Assembly: GCA_035455265.1 (NCBI GenBank)
Contig: DATIFK010000012.1
Coordinates: 6,035 to 70,034 of the forward strand
Direction: 5' to 3'
DNA from: Anaerolineales bacterium
GTDB taxonomy: Bacteria > Chloroflexota > Anaerolineae > Anaerolineales > E44-bin32
DNA length: 64,000 nucleotides
A program made the position numbers and the translations under genes. The notes under the pieces are model-generated. The model did no database searches, was not told where the DNA came from, and worked only from the letters and a program-made list of their open reading frames with translations. Positions 25,570 through 33,474 of the stretch are shown here, piece by piece. Numbering within the stretch: the first letter of the stretch is position 1; each line of letters opens with the position of its first letter.

Positions 25570-26364
25570 ATGGTCATGGGCAAACCCGTCGAGGCGATCC
25601 CCAACCCACTCGGCAGGAGGGCAGGCTCGACCAGGTCGAAGGCCCGCCTCCTGGCTCTCGTCCTCCTGCTATTCGCATATGGTTCCCCGGCGCGTGCTCA
25701 GGCGGCGCTTGAGCTCGACCTCGATCGCAACTTCGGCTTCGCGTGGGGAAATCAGATTCAAGGAAGCTTCACGCTGCGGGCGGAGGGGCCGGGGGATCTG
25801 GTCCGCGTGGTGTTCCTCTTGGATGGCCAGATTCTGGGCGAGGCCTCGAAAGCCCCGTTCGAGATACCCCTCCACACCGGAGACTTTCCCCTTGGCAGCC
25901 ATACCCTGACCGCGCAAGGCGAGACCGCGAGTGGAGACCGACTGACCACCGAGCCTCTGGTCGCAGAATTCGTCTCGGCCGACGTCGGCCCTCAGTTTGT
26001 CCTGCGGATGGTCGGTCCGTTGCTGGCCCTGTTGGCCGTCGGCGTGGCGGTGGCGACGGTTGGGCCGATGCTGTTCGGCCGTGGGACCTTCCACCTCGGC
26101 CAGTATGGGGCTGCCGGCGGCGCCGTCTGCCCGCGCTGCCACCTGCCCTTCGGTCGTCATATGCTTTCGCCGAATCTCATATTCGGCAAGCTGGAACGCT
26201 GCCCACACTGCGGAAGGATCGGGATTGTCCCCCGGGCCGCGCCGGAGGCCCTGGTCGCCGCCGAGGCCCGCTGGGCGGAGGAGGGCCCCTCGTCGCCAGC
26301 GGTTCCGCCGGATGAGCAGCTCCACCGCCAGATCGAAGACTCGCGCTACGAAGACCAGCGCTAG
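25570..26364 (+). CDS. hypothetical secreted/membrane protein with Ig-like ectodomain, TM segment and cytoplasmic zinc ribbon
   Basis: Signal peptide (LLALVLLLFAYGSPARA), beta-rich ectodomain, TM segment (LLALLAVGVAVATV), and CPRC...CPHC zinc-ribbon pairs. The ATG immediately follows the permease stop codon. Confidence 0.6.
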   Translation: MVMGKPVEAIPNPLGRRAGSTRSKARLLALVLLLFAYGSPARAQAALELDLDRNFGFAWGNQIQGSFTLRAEGPGDLVRVVFLLDGQILGEASKAPFEIPLHTGDFPLGSHTLTAQGETASGDRLTTEPLVAEFVSADVGPQFVLRMVGPLLALLAVGVAVATVGPMLFGRGTFHLGQYGAAGGAVCPRCHLPFGRHMLSPNLIFGKLERCPHCGRIGIVPRAAPEALVAAEARWAEEGPSSPAVPPDEQLHRQIEDSRYEDQR

Positions 26365-26396
26365 GGGACATGGCTGACCGCTGACCGCCCGCCGGC

Positions 26397-26410
26397 GTTT
26401 CACGTGAAAC
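26397..26410. promoter_or_regulatory. perfect 14-bp palindrome GTTTCACGTGAAAC (candidate operator), copy 2
   Basis: Identical 14-mer 24 nt upstream of a TACAAT box (26435-26440), ahead of the methyltransferase gene. Confidence 0.5.
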
Positions 26411-27387
26411 CAGCCCGCACGGGACCGCCGCCGGTACAATCAGGCGGCGAGGCGGGTGTGGGCGATCCCTATCCAGCCGTTTGCGACTACGAGGGCTCGG
26501 ACTACCAGGAGTCGTTCTGGGGCCGAGGCGGCCGCGCCTACGAGGACCGGGCCGAGGCGCTGGCGTTGGCGCGCCTGCTCCCGCCGGGCGGCCGGCATCT
26601 TTTGGAGGTCGGCGCCGGCGCCGGCCGCCATACCCCGCGCTACCAGGGGTTCGACGAAGTCACCCTGCTGGACTACTCCCGCTCCCAATTGGAGCAGGCC
26701 CGTAAGCGCCTCGGCGATGCGCCACGCTGCCGCTACGTCGTCGCGGATGTCTACCGGATGCCCTTCGCGCCCGGCGCCTTCGATGCTGCCACGATGATCC
26801 GCACGCTGCACCATATGGCCGATCCGGCTGCTGCTCTGGCGAGCGTCCGCGCCGCCCTTTCGCCCGGGGCGGTCTTCCTGCTTGAATACGCCAACAAGCG
26901 CAACCTGAAAGCGATCCTGCGCTGGATGGTGCGTCGACAAGACTGGAACCCCTTTCGCCTGGACAGCGTCGAGTTCGCCCGCCTCAACTACGATTTCCAC
27001 CCTGACGCGGTACGAGGTTGGCTCCAGACCGCCGGATTTGACCTGGAACGTGAGGTCCCCGTCTCGTTCCTGCGCCTGGGCGCGCTCAAACGCGCCGTGC
27101 CGCTGTCGCTGCTCATGGCTGCGGAAGCGGTGTTGCAGCGGCTGGGCCGGTGGGCGTTGGTCACGCCGAGCATTTTCGTTCGCTCACGCGCCGTCGGAGG
27201 CGCGAGTCCCGCTGCAGGTCACCTGTGGCGTTGCCCGGCCTGCGGCTCGCTCGACCTGGCCGAAACGGAGGCGGGAGTCGACTGCCGGGGCTGCGGCCGT
27301 CATTGGCCGCGGCGCGACGGGATCTACGAATTCCGACTCCCTCCACCGATGCCTTCCGATCCGACAACCGGTCCTGGCACTCCCTAG
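26404..27387 (+). CDS. class I SAM-dependent methyltransferase with C-terminal zinc-ribbon (Trm112-like) tail
   Basis: SAM motif LLEVGAGAGRHT plus C-terminal WRCPACGS...CRGCGRHW. Coordinates give the maximal ORF (GTG 26404). An alternative GTG at 26458 lies downstream of a TACAAT box at 26435. Confidence 0.75.
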   Translation: MKPARTGPPPVQSGGEAGVGDPYPAVCDYEGSDYQESFWGRGGRAYEDRAEALALARLLPPGGRHLLEVGAGAGRHTPRYQGFDEVTLLDYSRSQLEQARKRLGDAPRCRYVVADVYRMPFAPGAFDAATMIRTLHHMADPAAALASVRAALSPGAVFLLEYANKRNLKAILRWMVRRQDWNPFRLDSVEFARLNYDFHPDAVRGWLQTAGFDLEREVPVSFLRLGALKRAVPLSLLMAAEAVLQRLGRWALVTPSIFVRSRAVGGASPAAGHLWRCPACGSLDLAETEAGVDCRGCGRHWPRRDGIYEFRLPPPMPSDPTTGPGTP

Positions 27388-27475
27388 GCGCTTGCCGTCG
27401 GGTCTAGAATGGAGGCGGACCGGCGCAGCGGTCCGTTGATGGGAGGAAGCCGCCATAGCCCGTCGAACCGTTGCC

Positions 27476-28000
27476 GTGGACATCTTCACCGCGACGCACC
27501 GGGTGGCCGGTCAGGTGCAGGCCGGCGCGCAGGGGCTCTTCGGATTCTTCAATCTGCCCACCGAATCGGGCGTAGACGTCGAAGAGGCAACGCTCTGCCC
27601 GCTGTACGTGCCGTGGGATCAAGCGGAGAAGGTCGGCGGGTTGTGGATGGTGAAAAGTGAGATCGCCCTGGTGGCGATCGGAAACCGCACCGAATTGGGG
27701 ATCGTGGGAACCGCACGGGGCGGATATACCAAGCCCTTCCCCTATCGGATCCGCATTCTTCTCGGAGGCTTCGAGGTCCACGGGCTGGTGGAATGGCCCG
27801 GGAAGCTGGATTTCAGCGGCCTGATCCTGGAAGCCAACCGGCCCTTTGTCGCCGCCTACGAGGCCCGTATCCAGGCGCTGCTGTTCCCGCAAGTGGTTCT
27901 GGATTCCGCGGCCGTCCTGTTCAATGGAAAGATGGTCATGGGGATTTCCCAGCTGCACCGCAAGGAGACCCAACCGCTCGGTCCTCCGCCCGAGGGGTGA
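27476..28000 (+). CDS. hypothetical protein (174 aa)
   Basis: Non-repetitive ORF with a GTG start. No family recognised. Confidence 0.45.
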   Translation: MDIFTATHRVAGQVQAGAQGLFGFFNLPTESGVDVEEATLCPLYVPWDQAEKVGGLWMVKSEIALVAIGNRTELGIVGTARGGYTKPFPYRIRILLGGFEVHGLVEWPGKLDFSGLILEANRPFVAAYEARIQALLFPQVVLDSAAVLFNGKMVMGISQLHRKETQPLGPPPEG

Positions 28001-28036
28001 CGGCGTCGTGCCGCACGGCGCGCCGTCTGGGCGCCC

Positions 28037-28621
28037 CTAGTTCGTCGCCCCGGCGTTCCCCACCCGCCAATACTGCCCCGCCTGGCGCTGCAGCAGCCCC
28101 TCTCCGACCATTTCCCTTCGCAACGTCGCCGTGTCCGGGTGGAATCGCTTCAGGATCCGGTTGACCTCGCCCTCGCGGTAACGGCGGCCGAGGCGGAAGA
28201 AGGTTGCCAGGTGTCGCAGCACGACGGCGCGTTTGCGCCGTTGGGCGGGGATGGTCTTCAACCGTCCATCGCTGCGCAAGAAGTCGTGCAGGACTTTGCG
28301 ATCGTAGGCGCCCAGGTCGAGGGCAGCGGCGCGGGCGCGCAAGGCGCGGCGCGCCAGCAGGCGGCGCGCCCGCGTTTCGATGGCGCCGGGCGCCAGAGCG
28401 TATACACTATAATAGCTTTCGGCCCGCGCTTCGACCAACTCGGCCTCGGTCAGTCGACCGAGATGGTGGGACACCGTCGACGGACGCAGGTGCAGGATGC
28501 CCGCCAGTTCCTCGACGCTGTGCGGCGCCAGCGCCAGCAGGCCGAGCAGGCGCAGGCGGTTGACGTCGGCCAGCGCCTGGAAGAACCGCAGCGCCTCGTC
28601 GTCCGGGGGTCCCGCCTTCAT
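28037..28621 (-). CDS. ArsR-family transcriptional regulator with DUF2087-like C-terminal domain
   Basis: HTH ALADVNRLRLLGLLALAPHSVEELAGILHLRPSTVSHHLGRL, plus C-terminal KTIPAQRRKR...EVNRILKRFHPDTATLRR. Confidence 0.8.
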   Translation of the reverse strand: MKAGPPDDEALRFFQALADVNRLRLLGLLALAPHSVEELAGILHLRPSTVSHHLGRLTEAELVEARAESYYSVYALAPGAIETRARRLLARRALRARAAALDLGAYDRKVLHDFLRSDGRLKTIPAQRRKRAVVLRHLATFFRLGRRYREGEVNRILKRFHPDTATLRREMVGEGLLQRQAGQYWRVGNAGATN

Positions 28622-28703
28622 TCGATCCTCGTCTAATTGATTCGATGAGTATCGAAATAAGGATACCTCCGGCCGCCGCGGCCGTCAAGACCGGGAGGAC
28701 GGC

Positions 28704-29261
28704 ATGCCCCCGCAACGTCAGACCTACCGCGTAGACATCGCCGGGCTGCGCCGCGAGCTGCCCCTGTTCGAGGTGGCGCCGGGCGTGCGCATCGCCGTGC
28801 TCAACATCCTGGGCGATGTGGAGCTGGTCGAGGCGTGCGCCCGAGAGCTGGCGAAACGCCTGCAGGGATTGACGTTCGATCTGATCGTCACGCCGGAGGC
28901 CAAGAGCATCCCGCTGGCCCACGCCCTGGCGGGTGTGCTGCGCAAGGGCTACGTCGTGCTGCGCAAGGCCTACAAGGTCTACATGGGCGAGACGCTGCAG
29001 TCGGAGACGGTGTCGATCACCACCGGCCGGCCGCAGACGCTGTACCTCGACGAAAAGGACCGCCAGCTTGTCGCCGGCCAACGCGTCGTGCTGGTCGACG
29101 ACGTCATCAGCACCGGCTCGACCATCGAGGGCATGCGCAGCCTGATGAAGCTGGCGGGGGCCCACGTCGTCGCCGAGGCGGCCGTGTTCACCGAGGGGGA
29201 CCCCGACCAATGGAAGGGGATCCTGGCTCTCGGCCACCTGCCGGTGTTCACGGACCGCTGA
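28704..29261 (+). CDS. phosphoribosyltransferase (adenine/purine PRTase-like)
   Basis: PRPP-binding loop VVLVDDVISTGSTI. Confidence 0.8.
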   Translation: MPPQRQTYRVDIAGLRRELPLFEVAPGVRIAVLNILGDVELVEACARELAKRLQGLTFDLIVTPEAKSIPLAHALAGVLRKGYVVLRKAYKVYMGETLQSETVSITTGRPQTLYLDEKDRQLVAGQRVVLVDDVISTGSTIEGMRSLMKLAGAHVVAEAAVFTEGDPDQWKGILALGHLPVFTDR

Positions 29262-29264
29262 CGA

Positions 29265-30113
29265 ATGGCCGGCCGGCTCGTTCCCATCGGCGACACGCGC
29301 CTGTACGTCGAAGAGCGCGGCACGGGCGCGCCGCTGATCATCCTCCACGGCGGACCCGGCCTCGACCACCGCATGTATGGCGACTACCTCGATCCGCTGG
29401 CCGACCGCCTGCGGCTGATCTTCGTCGACCAGCGCTCGCAGGGCCGCTCCGACCGGACCTCGCCCGACACCTGGTCGATCGGGCAGATGGCGGCCGACGT
29501 GGGGGCGCTCGCCGAAGCGATGGGCCTGGATCGCTTTGCCGTGCTGGGCCATTCCTACGGCGCGTTCGTGGCGCTGCAGCACGCCGTGGACTTCCCCGGT
29601 GAGGCGGCGCGCACCATCGTCTCCTCGGGCGTCCCCTCGGCGCGCTACCTCGAGCACGTCGACGCCAACCTAGCGGCGTTCGAGCCCGAGTCGCTGCGAG
29701 CGCAGGTGAAATCGTCGTGGGAGCGCGAGGCCTCGGCCCAAACCGAAGCCGATGTCGCGGCGCTGTTGCACGACCAGATGCCATTCCACTTCGCCGACCC
29801 GCTCGACCCGCGCCTGCCCGACTTCGAGCAGCGCACCTCCGGGGGAATCCATTCTCCGGACGTCCTGCGCCATTTCGCCCAGCAGGACTACGGAGGCATC
29901 GAGGTCGAAGACCGTTTGGGCCGCGTGCGTCAGCCGGTGTTGGTGCTGGCGGGCGCGCACGACCGCGTCTGTTCGCGGCCGGCGGCCGAGGCCATCGTGG
30001 CCGGCGTGCCGGACGGACGCCTGGTGGTCTTCGAGCATAGCGGGCACATGACCTTCGTCGAAGAGACCGGGCGCTACCTCGAGGTCGTCGCCGAGTTCCT
30101 GGCGTCGTTGTGA
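29265..30113 (+). CDS. alpha/beta hydrolase (proline iminopeptidase-like)
   Basis: HGGPG oxyanion motif, nucleophile elbow LGHSYGA, C-terminal His (EHSGHM). Confidence 0.8.
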   Translation: MAGRLVPIGDTRLYVEERGTGAPLIILHGGPGLDHRMYGDYLDPLADRLRLIFVDQRSQGRSDRTSPDTWSIGQMAADVGALAEAMGLDRFAVLGHSYGAFVALQHAVDFPGEAARTIVSSGVPSARYLEHVDANLAAFEPESLRAQVKSSWEREASAQTEADVAALLHDQMPFHFADPLDPRLPDFEQRTSGGIHSPDVLRHFAQQDYGGIEVEDRLGRVRQPVLVLAGAHDRVCSRPAAEAIVAGVPDGRLVVFEHSGHMTFVEETGRYLEVVAEFLASL

Positions 30114-30757
30114 CCGCTCGCCGGCGTTCCCCTTTGGCCCTGCACTTTCGTCCGGTCACGCGGGAACGGTGGGGTGATCTGGCGCGCCTGTTTGGCCCGC
30201 GCGGCGCCTGCGGCGGGTGTTGGTGCATGTGGTGGCGCGTGCCGCGCAAGATCTACAACCGCGGCGCGGGGGCGGGCAACCGTCGCCGACTGCGGAGACT
30301 CGTCAGCGAGGGACCGCCGCCCGGGCTGCTCGCTTACGATGGAGACCTTCCTGTGGGCTGGGTGTCCTTTGGGCCCCGGACCGATTTCCCCGTGCTGGAG
30401 AACTCGCGTGTGCTGAAGCGCGTCGATGAACGGCCGGTGTGGTCGGTGGTGTGCCTGTTTGTGGATCGCCGCTACCGACACCAGGGAGTCACCGTTGGGT
30501 TGCTGGGGGCGGCGGTGGAGCACGCCCGCCGGCGCGGGGCGCGCTGGATCGAGGGATACCCGATCGATCCCGCCGCCGGTCCGATCCCGGCCGCCTTCGC
30601 CTTCACCGGGCTGGCGGCGGCCTTCCTCCAGGCCGGGTTCCGCGAGGTCGCGCGTCGTTCGCCGACGCGGCCGATCATGCGCCGGACGCTGCGGCCGCGG
30701 CGGCGTGCCCTCACCCCCGACCCCTCACCCGCCAGGCGGGAGAGGGGCAAGGGGTGA
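30110..30757 (+). CDS. GNAT-family N-acetyltransferase
   Basis: GTGA overlap with the upstream gene. Acetyl-CoA motif VDRRYRHQGVTVGLLGAAVEHARRRGA. The last ~16 codons lie inside a palindromic repeat element. Confidence 0.75.
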   Translation: MTARRRSPLALHFRPVTRERWGDLARLFGPRGACGGCWCMWWRVPRKIYNRGAGAGNRRRLRRLVSEGPPPGLLAYDGDLPVGWVSFGPRTDFPVLENSRVLKRVDERPVWSVVCLFVDRRYRHQGVTVGLLGAAVEHARRRGARWIEGYPIDPAAGPIPAAFAFTGLAAAFLQAGFREVARRSPTRPIMRRTLRPRRRALTPDPSPARRERGKG

Positions 30758-30759
30758 GG
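30708..30759. repeat. palindromic element, family CCCTCACCCC...CCCGC-N-GCGGGAGAGGG...GGGGTGAGG
   Basis: ccctcacccccgacccctcacccgccaggcgggagaggggcaaggggtgagg. Overlaps the last codons and the stop of the GNAT gene. Confidence 0.75.
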
Positions 30760-30764
30760 CCGGG

Positions 30765-31022
30765 ATGCCCGATGAACAAGAAATCACACTCCAGGACCTG
30801 AGGCGCCACAACGGCGAGCGCGGCGCGCGCTGCTTCGTGGCCTACGCCGGCGTCGTTTACGACGTCACCGACTGCCCGAAGTGGCGCACCGGCTTCCACG
30901 AGCAGCTGCATTTTGCCGGCCAGGATCTGACGAGCGAGCTCCCCGACGCGCCCCACACCGTCGACGTGTTTCAACGGCCGTGCGTCAAACGCGTGGGCAT
31001 CCTTGTGGGAGGGTCTCCATAG
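30765..31022 (+). CDS. cytochrome b5-like heme/steroid-binding domain protein (85 aa)
   Basis: ITLQDLRRHNGERG...FVAYAGVVYDVT...W..G.H pattern. Start placed at an internal ATG of track ORF 30426..31022. Confidence 0.6.
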   Translation: MPDEQEITLQDLRRHNGERGARCFVAYAGVVYDVTDCPKWRTGFHEQLHFAGQDLTSELPDAPHTVDVFQRPCVKRVGILVGGSP

Positions 31023-31023
31023 G

Positions 31024-31093
31024 TTTCCAGTCACCAGTTCCCAGTGCCCAGTCTGGCGCTTGACTGGAAACTGGAAACTGGAGACCGGGAACC
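31024..31093. repeat. heptad-type inverted repeat between convergent genes
   Basis: tttccagtcaccagttcccagtgcccagtc ... gactggaaactggaaactggagaccgggaacc. Confidence 0.75.
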
Positions 31094-31098
31094 GTACT

Positions 31099-32592
31099 CT
31101 ACGGCCAGCTGTACCGCACCGTGTAGCTCACCTGCGTTTCGCCGTTGGCGGGAATGTGAACGCGGAACTCGATCGTCGACGAGTCCATCTTGGTGTAGTC
31201 GCCGGTGGATTCCAGGATGCGCCATTCGCTCCAGCGGAACAGGTGCTCGACGACGCGCACCTCCACCGCTTCATCCTTGTGGTTGCGCAACGTGATCTGG
31301 TAGGTCTCCTCGAGGCTTTTTTCACTCGGGCGGCGGAAGTCGGTCTGGATGCGCTCGCCGACGATGTCGAAGGCATCCCCGACGTACAGACGCAGCTGCT
31401 CGCCCTTGGGGGTGTGGTCGATCTGGTCTTCGCCGATGAGAAGGGCGGCGCCGTCGACGTCCTCCTGGTACAGGCGCACCCGGCCGCGCGGCAGATCGGC
31501 ATCGACGTTGTCGGTGTCGAACTCGACCATGACCATGACCTTGGGGTTGGAGGCCACGCCGTAGGACGGCTCGGTCTGCGGGTAGCCGCTGTAGGCGCAG
31601 TACCAGTAGTACGACTGGCACTGCAAGCCGTCGTAGACGAAGAACTTGGCGGCGGCGACGTCGGCGGCGCTGACGAACTCAATCTGCTTGGTTTCGTTGT
31701 CGGCGACGGTCACCGGCCGCGGGATCTCGTACAGGTGGTATTCGAAGAACTCTCGCTGCTCGACGGCCGTGGGCGCCTGAGTCGGCGTGGCACGGTACAT
31801 GTCTTCGGCGACGGCGAAGCCGGGCTCGGGCAGGCGGTTGAGGTCGCCGGCGATCAGCTTGAGCAGGGCGTCTTGGAAGGTGGCGCCGCTGGTGTTCCCG
31901 AGAGTGATCCAGCCGTCGAGGTCGATCGAACGCTCATCGGCTCCAAGCAGCAAGACATAGTCGGCCTGCCACGTCACGCCGCCGGTGAGATACGTGATCT
32001 CGACGTCCTGGGCCCCGGCGCGGGGCGAGAGCAGGCGCCACACCAGGGTCGGCCGCGTGATCAAGCCTTGCGGCAGATCGGGGAAGGAGAACTCCTGGAT
32101 GTCATCGCCGCCGACGACGGTGACGCGGCCGTCGTCATCCTGCAGGATGACATCGCCGCGGCCGCTCAACAAGCGGCCGGTGTACAGCGTGCCGTCTTGC
32201 GTGACGACCGTGATGGGTTGATCGAGGTACTTCTCCAGCAGCGCGGCCGAGCCCACCAAGTCGTATTCATAGTTCTGCTCGAGCACCGACGTGCCGGACG
32301 GATCGGTCAGCGAGCGGAACAGAACGCTGGTGGGGTCGATCGCTGCGGCCACGTCGCCGAAGCGCAGCTCGTTGATGCCTTCGCGGAGCTGGATCTGGCG
32401 GCGATCGCGCACGAGGGCGGTGCCCTGGTTGTAGACGGTCAGGGACAGGCCCGACTCGGCGGCTTCGGCGGTGGGTGTGCGGGAGCCAGGGCCGGGTTCG
32501 GCGGTCAATCCGCCGCAGGCGAGCGCCAGGGCGGCCAGGCCGGCAGCTGCGAGCAACGGGCGCACGGGACGGGCGGTCATCGTCGCCTCCAT
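31099..32592 (-). CDS. DUF4139-domain lipoprotein
   Basis: Lipobox-like signal (LAALALACGG) followed by a DUF4139-like body (SLTVYNQGTALVRDRR...ITYLTGGVTWQADYVLLL). The N-terminal part of the track ORF (to 33663) is rejected because it is antisense to a genuine gene. Confidence 0.75.
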   Translation of the reverse strand: MEATMTARPVRPLLAAAGLAALALACGGLTAEPGPGSRTPTAEAAESGLSLTVYNQGTALVRDRRQIQLREGINELRFGDVAAAIDPTSVLFRSLTDPSGTSVLEQNYEYDLVGSAALLEKYLDQPITVVTQDGTLYTGRLLSGRGDVILQDDDGRVTVVGGDDIQEFSFPDLPQGLITRPTLVWRLLSPRAGAQDVEITYLTGGVTWQADYVLLLGADERSIDLDGWITLGNTSGATFQDALLKLIAGDLNRLPEPGFAVAEDMYRATPTQAPTAVEQREFFEYHLYEIPRPVTVADNETKQIEFVSAADVAAAKFFVYDGLQCQSYYWYCAYSGYPQTEPSYGVASNPKVMVMVEFDTDNVDADLPRGRVRLYQEDVDGAALLIGEDQIDHTPKGEQLRLYVGDAFDIVGERIQTDFRRPSEKSLEETYQITLRNHKDEAVEVRVVEHLFRWSEWRILESTGDYTKMDSSTIEFRVHIPANGETQVSYTVRYSWP

Positions 32593-32703
32593 CGATCGGT
32601 CTGGCGTGTAGACGCCGGCCGGGGAGGCAACGTTCCCACGCGTTCGCTCGAAAAACTCGAGCAAACCCGTCTGATATAATCCCGCTTCCGACGGAGAACA
32701 TTC

Positions 32704-33348
32704 ATGTTCCAGGGGCAGGAACGCCGCCAACTCGAAGATCAGGTGCGCAAGGAAGGACGCCTGCCGCCGGGTCAGTCGCTCACCTTGAAGTTCCCCGTCC
32801 TGCACTACGGACCGGTGCCCCCGTTCAATCCCGCCACCTGGGATTTCCGCGTCTGGGGCGAGGTCGAGGAAGAGAAGCGCTGGTCGTGGTCGGAGTTCAT
32901 GGCCCTGCCGCGGCGCAAGGTGAAGATGGACATTCACTGCGTGACGCGTTGGAGCAAGTTCGACACCGAGTGGGAAGGCGTCTCGTTGAAGGACCTGATC
33001 GACCGCGGCCTGCTCAAGCTCAAGCCGACGGCGCACTTCGTGATGCAACATTGCGAGTACGGCTTCACCGTCAACGTCCCGCTGGAGGTCGCCTTGGGAG
33101 ACAACTTTCTGCTGGCGACCCATTTCGACGGCGAGCCCATCAGCCCGGACCACGGCTACCCCGTGCGCGGCATTGTGGGCTTCATCCCAGGCCGGGAGGA
33201 CATCAAGACTCCCTACTTCTGGAAGGGCGGCAAGTGGGTGCGGGCGATTGAGTTCATGGCTCAGGACCGGCTGGGTTTCTGGGAGCAGGCGGGCTATCAC
33301 AACGAGGCCGACATCTGGAAGGAGCAGCGCGTCGTGCGCGGCTGGTAG
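32704..33348 (+). CDS. sulfite-oxidase-family molybdopterin-binding oxidoreductase subunit
   Basis: Conserved HCVTRWS (Mo-ligand Cys context) and GYPVR blocks. GGAGAA upstream. Confidence 0.8.
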   Translation: MFQGQERRQLEDQVRKEGRLPPGQSLTLKFPVLHYGPVPPFNPATWDFRVWGEVEEEKRWSWSEFMALPRRKVKMDIHCVTRWSKFDTEWEGVSLKDLIDRGLLKLKPTAHFVMQHCEYGFTVNVPLEVALGDNFLLATHFDGEPISPDHGYPVRGIVGFIPGREDIKTPYFWKGGKWVRAIEFMAQDRLGFWEQAGYHNEADIWKEQRVVRGW

Positions 33349-33369
33349 CGGCGACAATCCAAACCTCAG

Positions 33370-33438
33370 CCCAAACCCGTTTTGGCCGTTGTCGATGCTC
33401 GGGCCACTCATCGGCTCCACGGCCAAAACGGGTTTGGG
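33370..33438. repeat. 19-bp perfect inverted repeat CCCAAACCCGTTTTGGCCG (31-nt loop)
   Basis: Left arm 33370-33388, right arm 33420-33438. Shares a 16-nt core with the element at 55744. Confidence 0.85.
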
Positions 33439-33474
33439 TTTGTCCCCCGCTCGTTCGCGGACCGAGAAACGTCG

